From assembly GCA_963758635.1 (NCBI GenBank), contig CAVWWD010000008.1:1237078-1301077 (forward strand): a stretch of DNA of 64,000 bases. The letters are read 5' to 3'. The position numbers and the translations under genes are program-made. The DNA is from an uncultured Candidatus Rokubacteria bacterium (GTDB taxonomy: Bacteria > Methylomirabilota > Methylomirabilia > Rokubacteriales > CSP1-6). Of the stretch, positions 58,910-64,000 are shown piece after piece; the stretch's first letter is position 1, and every line of letters starts with the position of its first letter. A model generated the notes under the pieces. It had not been told where the DNA came from and made no database searches. It saw nothing but the letters and a program-made list of their open reading frames with translations.

Positions 58910-60406
58910 GTGGCCTCTCCTCATATCCCGGCGCCCGGCCGCACGGGCCTACCGGAGACCGTTCGCCGGCCGAAGGCCATAGTCTATTTCATAGGCCTCA
59001 CCGCTGCGCTCGCCGGTTTGCTTTTCGGATTGGATGTCGGGGTCATATCCGGCGCGGAGGATTTCATTCAGCAGGATTTCAAGATATCAGACGACGCGAT
59101 CGAGCTCATTGTAAGCTCGCTCCTGTGGGGAGCCGCATTTGGCGCGTTGTTTAGCGGCGTCCTGTCGAGCCGCTTCGGACGCCGCAGAACGATTCTTATC
59201 AGCGCGGTCAACTTCATCATCGGCGCGCTGCTATGCGCTTTGGCCCCGAATGAACATGTGCTTATCGCGGCGCGTTTTGTTCTCGGGATTGCGGTGGGTG
59301 TGGCGTCCTTTACCGCCCCGCTTTACTTGTCGGAGATCGCACCGCAGTCGGTGCGAGGTTCGCTGATCTCGATGTATCAATTGATGATTACGATCGGCAT
59401 CGTCATGGCCTTCCTCAGCAATACCTATCTCGCGACGTATGCGACGATAGGCGGTGTGGCTGGCGGCCATTGGCGGGTGATGCTTGGTGTCATTGCGATT
59501 CCGGCAGCGATAATGTTTATCGGCGTGTGTTTCCTTCCGGAGAGCCCGCGCTGGCTGTTTCTCAAAGGGTTTCGCGAGAGGGCGATCGAAGTGTTCCGGC
59601 GCATGAAACTCGATGAGGCGGAAATCGCCAGCGAGGTTGTGGAGATTGAAGAGAGCTTGAAGGTGAAGCAGAACGGATTCGAGCTCTTCAAGACCAACAG
59701 CAACTTTCGCCGTGCTATTGGCCTCGGGGTCGGATTGCAGGTTATTCAACAGCTTACCGGGATCAACGTCATCATGTATTACGCGCCACGCATTTTTGGC
59801 ATGGCCGGCTTTGAGAGCACCAGCCAACAATTATGGGGCACGGTCATCATCGGCGTGACGAATGTGCTGGCCACCTTCATCGCCATTGCCTTCGTGGACA
59901 GGCTCGGGCGGAAACCGATCATGTATGCAGGCTTTGTGACGATGGGTGTCGCGCTTCTCTCGGTAGGAGCACTCTTCCTTTTCGGGGGAGAGACCCGCAT
60001 GATCTCCAACGCGAAGGGTGTCATGGAGGCGCAGACGGTTCTCCGAAGCGCGGATTACGCATACCCGGCAGTCTTCGCTTTGCTTGTGTTCATCATTGGT
60101 TTCGCGATGAGCGCGGGCCCGATTATCTGGGTGCTCTGCTCCGAGATTTATCCTCTCGCCGGGCGCGATCTTGGAGTGACGTGCAGCACCGGAACAAACT
60201 GGATAGTCAATGCCATCGTGGGGATGACCTTTCTCACCTTGATCAATACGTTCGGACCCGGGAAAACCTTCCTCCTTTACGGGGGATTAAACGTCCTGTT
60301 CATCCTGTTCTTCATACTTTTGGTTCCCGAAACGAAGGGAATTTCGCTCGAGAAGATCGAGCGGAATTTGATGTCCGGTCTCCCGCTGAGGAAGATCGGC
60401 CGCTAA
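58910..60406 (+). CDS. Sugar porter family MFS transporter (GalP/AraE-like)
   Basis: GLLFGLDVGVISGA, RFGRR, PLYLSEIAP, PESPRWL, QQLTGIN, PETKG. Confidence 0.95.
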   Translation: MASPHIPAPGRTGLPETVRRPKAIVYFIGLTAALAGLLFGLDVGVISGAEDFIQQDFKISDDAIELIVSSLLWGAAFGALFSGVLSSRFGRRRTILISAVNFIIGALLCALAPNEHVLIAARFVLGIAVGVASFTAPLYLSEIAPQSVRGSLISMYQLMITIGIVMAFLSNTYLATYATIGGVAGGHWRVMLGVIAIPAAIMFIGVCFLPESPRWLFLKGFRERAIEVFRRMKLDEAEIASEVVEIEESLKVKQNGFELFKTNSNFRRAIGLGVGLQVIQQLTGINVIMYYAPRIFGMAGFESTSQQLWGTVIIGVTNVLATFIAIAFVDRLGRKPIMYAGFVTMGVALLSVGALFLFGGETRMISNAKGVMEAQTVLRSADYAYPAVFALLVFIIGFAMSAGPIIWVLCSEIYPLAGRDLGVTCSTGTNWIVNAIVGMTFLTLINTFGPGKTFLLYGGLNVLFILFFILLVPETKGISLEKIERNLMSGLPLRKIGR

Positions 60407-60442
60407 GCAACCATCAACTATCAACTATCAACCCTATAGGAC

Positions 60443-61009
60443 TTACTTGCTGCCGGGTTTTACGGCGGGGATTTCCGCCAGATCCGGCGGAAGCTTGTCT
60501 GGTTCAAAAGTCTCCACGTCCATTTTGACGAGTGAGACGAACGGGCATCCGAAATCGGGGAGTGAGCCCCCGCTGCGGTCAACGATAGCGCCCGCCGCCG
60601 CGACGATACCCCCATAGTCGCGCACGATCTGAATCGTTTGCTGCACACGGCCGCCCCGGGTCACAACGTCCTCGGCGACCAGAAACTGCTCGCCCGGCGT
60701 GATGGCAAAGCCGCGGCGAAGCACGAGCCCGCCCGAGCCGTCCTTCTCCGCGAAGATATGTCTTTTGCCGAGGTGGCGGGCGATTTCCTGTCCGACAATG
60801 ATTCCCCCGACAGCTGGAGAGATTACCACCGAGGCCTGATATTCTCGGAGCTTCTCCGCCAGCAGACCGCAGACGCGCGCGGCGATCGTGGCCTCCTGCA
60901 AGAGGAGCGCGCATTGGAAGAACTGTCGACTATGCAGCCCGGAGCGAAGGACGAAGTGCCCACTGAGCAAGGCTCCTGTGCTGTGGAAGAGATCGAGGAC
61001 TTCATTCAT
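60443..61009 (-). CDS. pyrE: Orotate phosphoribosyltransferase
   Basis: GHFVLRSGLHS, FAEK, VAEDVVTRGG PRPP motif, IVDRS. Confidence 0.93.
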   Translation of the reverse strand: MNEVLDLFHSTGALLSGHFVLRSGLHSRQFFQCALLLQEATIAARVCGLLAEKLREYQASVVISPAVGGIIVGQEIARHLGKRHIFAEKDGSGGLVLRRGFAITPGEQFLVAEDVVTRGGRVQQTIQIVRDYGGIVAAAGAIVDRSGGSLPDFGCPFVSLVKMDVETFEPDKLPPDLAEIPAVKPGSK

Positions 61010-61096
61010 GAGGAAGGAATGTTAGGCGGCGTTTGCAGGCGAAGCATTTGGGAAGGGAGTCAATCACTTGTCCGATCTGCAGGGTATTCGACGACA

Positions 61097-61918
61097 TCAC
61101 CGGATTGAGGCGCTGACTCCGCCCATTGCCGGGTTGATGAATGAAAGGCCTTTTCTTTGCCGCTCCAGAAACTCGACGGCCAGGGCCCGGTAGGCCGCCG
61201 CACCCGCACCCGAAGGGTCGTGTTCGAGAATCGTTCGGCCATGGCTGGGGGCTTCACCAAAACGGATCGTTCGTGGAATCACGGTCTCGAAGACCACCTC
61301 CTGGAAGTGATTCCGCACTTCCCTCACGACTGCGGGATTCAGGTTGGTACGGTTATCGAACATGGTCATCAGCAGTCCGGAAAGGGATAGCTCCGGATTC
61401 GCTCCGCAAGCGCGAATCTGATCGGTAACCTGCATCAGGAGGCCGAGACCCTCCAGGGCGTAGTATTCGCACTGAATGGGAATGAGGACTTCGTCCGCCG
61501 CCGCCAGCGCGTTGGACATCAATATTCCGAGCGACGGAGGGCAATCGAGAAACACGAACTCGAATTCGACTTGCATGCGGAGCGGCTCGAGGACTTTGCG
61601 AAGCTGAAGCATATGTTCGTCCATGCGGGCCACTTCCACCTCAGCGCCCGCCATGTCGAGATCAGCCGGAATGGCGAAAAGGTTTGGAATGCGCGTGGGG
61701 ACGACAAGTTCCCGCACGGGACGCGCTCCAATCATGGCCTGGTAGAGGCTCTGTCCGCCAAAATCGGCCAGGGAAAGCGCGCTGGTAGCGTTGCCTTGAG
61801 GGTCGAGGTCGGCGAGGAGAACGCGGACGCCGTGCTCGGAGAGCGCAGCGGAGAGGTTCACGGAAGTCGTCGTTTTTCCGACTCCGCCCTTTTGGTTTGC
61901 GACGGCGATTATTTTCAC
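61097..61918 (-). CDS. parA: ParA/Soj family ATPase
   Basis: NQKGGVGKTTT, DLDPQGNAT, DCPPSLG, PIQCEYYALEGL, EAPSHG. Confidence 0.93.
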   Translation of the reverse strand: MKIIAVANQKGGVGKTTTSVNLSAALSEHGVRVLLADLDPQGNATSALSLADFGGQSLYQAMIGARPVRELVVPTRIPNLFAIPADLDMAGAEVEVARMDEHMLQLRKVLEPLRMQVEFEFVFLDCPPSLGILMSNALAAADEVLIPIQCEYYALEGLGLLMQVTDQIRACGANPELSLSGLLMTMFDNRTNLNPAVVREVRNHFQEVVFETVIPRTIRFGEAPSHGRTILEHDPSGAGAAAYRALAVEFLERQRKGLSFINPAMGGVSASIR

Positions 61919-63129
61919 AGCGAACGCCTTGAATAATACTCCAGGATGCCCTCTGCAACCGCATCGGCATACTCGCGATAAATGCTCTTGCGCATCACTC
62001 CGCCAAAGTCGCGTTTCCCTTCGTAGTCCCCCGCTTGAATACGGGCAAACACGAAGCGGCTGTTCATCACATACGGTTCAATATAGATTACGGGGCAGCT
62101 GAAAAGCCGGTTTGCGAGAAGATTACGGGCCCAGACATACGGGTTTGCATTGATCCGGATCGCCGAGCCGTCGCGGTAAGTGTAGGGCGGCAAACCTGTG
62201 GCGGCGGCCATCTTTCGCGAAATGACGTTTGTCAGCACCAGTTCCTCCAGAAACGAACGGTTGAGAAGTTTGACGAGCATGTCGTATCGCTGGTCTTCGT
62301 AGGCAAGTTCCTGCGCGCTCAGGGCGCCTGGAATCAGGAAATGGAGATGGTTCTGATCGACGAGTTGCGGGTCTGTTGCGTCGCCCCATGGCTCGGCATT
62401 GAAATGGAGACAAATGACCGCGTCGGGACGAATAGTTTGATTGATTCGCATAGCGCGACGGCGGATCTCCGCCACGCGGTAAAACAGCCGCTCGCTTTCT
62501 TTCCGAAGGCTTTCCGCGTCAGCCGGAACGCCCCTGTCGGCGAGGGACGCCATCGCGAAACTCTCGAGTTTGTCCGGACCCAACGAAGTGGCGGGCTTGG
62601 CTCTTTCGCGCGTCAGGAAAACCTGAGCACCGAGTCCTTTAAGGCGTTGGGCCAGAATCTCTGCCACGATGAGCGTCATGTCCCCCTCGGTCACCGGCTG
62701 GGAGTCGCCGATCTGAAACCAGCGCTCCTCCATTCGGGCCCAATAGCCGCCGATGTGTCCCGGGTCGAGCGCGATCCTCAGGCCCGCCAGCGGCTTTCCG
62801 GGTTCCTCTGCAGGAAGCTGGGCGCGTCTGCGCCAGTAAGCGGGGATCGGCCTTGCGGCCCGCCGGGAGGGCGCGAATCGCAACAGGAACGGTGGCTCGT
62901 CCGGTCCCGTGTTGATAACAGCCATATTATCCTGCACGGTGATCGTCTCCTTCCACACCCCGGCGGGCGCGTACACTCTCTCCAGCAGCGTGACGAAATC
63001 CTGGCGCGTAATTGTCTCCTGGAAGGCCTCGAGCTTCGACCAGTCGGGGCGGGGAGCCAAGGGGCTGAGGGCCGCGTAGAGTGACGCTGTGATGACGAGC
63101 AATGCAAGACAGGTGAGGGCGGCTCTCAA
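61915..63129 (-). CDS. N-acetylmuramoyl-L-alanine amidase (Amidase_3)
   Basis: IALDPGHIGG, EGDMTL, CLHFNA, IYIEPY; signal peptide. Confidence 0.85.
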   Translation of the reverse strand: MRAALTCLALLVITASLYAALSPLAPRPDWSKLEAFQETITRQDFVTLLERVYAPAGVWKETITVQDNMAVINTGPDEPPFLLRFAPSRRAARPIPAYWRRRAQLPAEEPGKPLAGLRIALDPGHIGGYWARMEERWFQIGDSQPVTEGDMTLIVAEILAQRLKGLGAQVFLTRERAKPATSLGPDKLESFAMASLADRGVPADAESLRKESERLFYRVAEIRRRAMRINQTIRPDAVICLHFNAEPWGDATDPQLVDQNHLHFLIPGALSAQELAYEDQRYDMLVKLLNRSFLEELVLTNVISRKMAAATGLPPYTYRDGSAIRINANPYVWARNLLANRLFSCPVIYIEPYVMNSRFVFARIQAGDYEGKRDFGGVMRKSIYREYADAVAEGILEYYSRRSL

Positions 63130-63180
63130 GGTGCGGAATTTTTAAACTGTGCGGCGTGAAAATTTCGATAAAAACGACAA

Positions 63181-63972
63181 ATGATTCGCATTCTCTTTCT
63201 GGGCGACATTGTTGGTGAGCCTGGACGCAACGCTGTCATAAGGCATGTTCCCCTGTTTCTCAAAGAGCGCGGAGTAGATTTCGTCATCGTGAACGGCGAG
63301 AATGCCGCAGGAGGTCGCGGAATAACCGGGAAGATCACCATCGACCTCCTTCGCAGCGGTGTGGCGGTCATTACGACCGGCGATCATATCTGGGATCAAA
63401 GGGAGACCTGCTCCTATATTTCCACGGAACCGCGCCTTCTGCGTCCCATCAACTATCCGGAAGGCGCGCCCGGGCAGGGGAGCGTGGTTCTGGAAACGGC
63501 AAAGGGCAAAGTGGCCGTCGTCAACGTCCAGGGCCGCACCTACATGCAGCCCATTCTTGACAACCCGTTTCCGGCCGCGATGGCGGAGGTCGACCGCCTG
63601 CGGCAGGAGACACCCGTCATTGTTGTCGATATGCATGCGGAGACGACCAGCGAGAAGATCGCCATGGGCCGGTTCCTCGACGGGAAAGTCTCCGCGGTCT
63701 TCGGCACACACACCCACGTTCAGACGGCCGACGAGCGAATCTTCCCCGGCGGAACGGCGTTTCTCTGCGACGTGGGAATGTGCGGCCCCGATGAATCCTG
63801 CCTCGGCCGCGATTACCAGGCCATCATCAGGCGCTTTCTCAACGCCCTGCCCGGACACTTTCCCATCGCGGCGGGCCCGGTGCGCCTGTGCGGGGCGATC
63901 GTCGAAGTCGATGAGACCACCGGCAAAGCCATTCGCCTTTGCAGGGTCAATGAGACAATCTCCGAAAGCTGA
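63181..63972 (+). CDS. YmdB/TIGR00282 metallophosphoesterase
   Basis: GDIVGEPGR, NGEN..GG.G, GDHIWD, DMHAETTSEK, GTHTHVQTAD. Confidence 0.93.
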   Translation: MIRILFLGDIVGEPGRNAVIRHVPLFLKERGVDFVIVNGENAAGGRGITGKITIDLLRSGVAVITTGDHIWDQRETCSYISTEPRLLRPINYPEGAPGQGSVVLETAKGKVAVVNVQGRTYMQPILDNPFPAAMAEVDRLRQETPVIVVDMHAETTSEKIAMGRFLDGKVSAVFGTHTHVQTADERIFPGGTAFLCDVGMCGPDESCLGRDYQAIIRRFLNALPGHFPIAAGPVRLCGAIVEVDETTGKAIRLCRVNETISES

Positions 63973-64000
63973 AGCAAACCGCCGCGATCGGCGGCCCCGG

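Noticed and set aside
61097..61918. parA as evidence of a plasmid or mobile partition system
   Set aside because: Chromosomal Soj-type sequence among housekeeping genes, with no adjacent parB or rep.

Overview
The window contains two compositionally distinct segments joined abruptly at ~57,928. The left ~57.9 kb is very GC-rich (by eye ~70-75%; tentatively Rokubacteria-like, not verified). It carries vanZ-like, radC and pyrD genes and a tRNA-Val(CAC). A ~14.5 kb capsid-less, phage-satellite-like element is integrated in that tRNA, with 45-bp attL/attR, integrase, Xis-like HTH, DUF3854 primase, palindromic ori, PD-(D/E)XK exonuclease and small terminase. From ~19 to 57.9 kb lies a PEP-CTERM/exosortase locus (PrsT, a PEP-CTERM protein with duplicated sigma-54 promoter, PrsR, EpsI, exosortase, truncated PrsK). 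This locus encloses a three-gene, five-module NRPS and unusual amide-forming or tailoring genes: an AsnB-like/alanine racemase fusion, a second glutaminase-less AsnB-like protein, a GNAT-DUF192 fusion, a PaaK-like ligase and an MBL hydrolase. The best candidate for an undescribed system is this NRPS-in-PEP-CTERM locus, possibly building a peptide (predicted Glu-like, Val, Aad-like, Thr, unknown) used to decorate an exopolymer; that function is inference. The right ~6 kb is lower in GC (~58% in a sampled line) and holds housekeeping genes (HlyD, sugar porter, pyrE, parA, amidase, YmdB), probably from another organism, i.e. a chimeric join. Many genes in 3.6-18 kb and 28-37 kb have indels that look like long-read consensus errors, so their boundaries are approximate.
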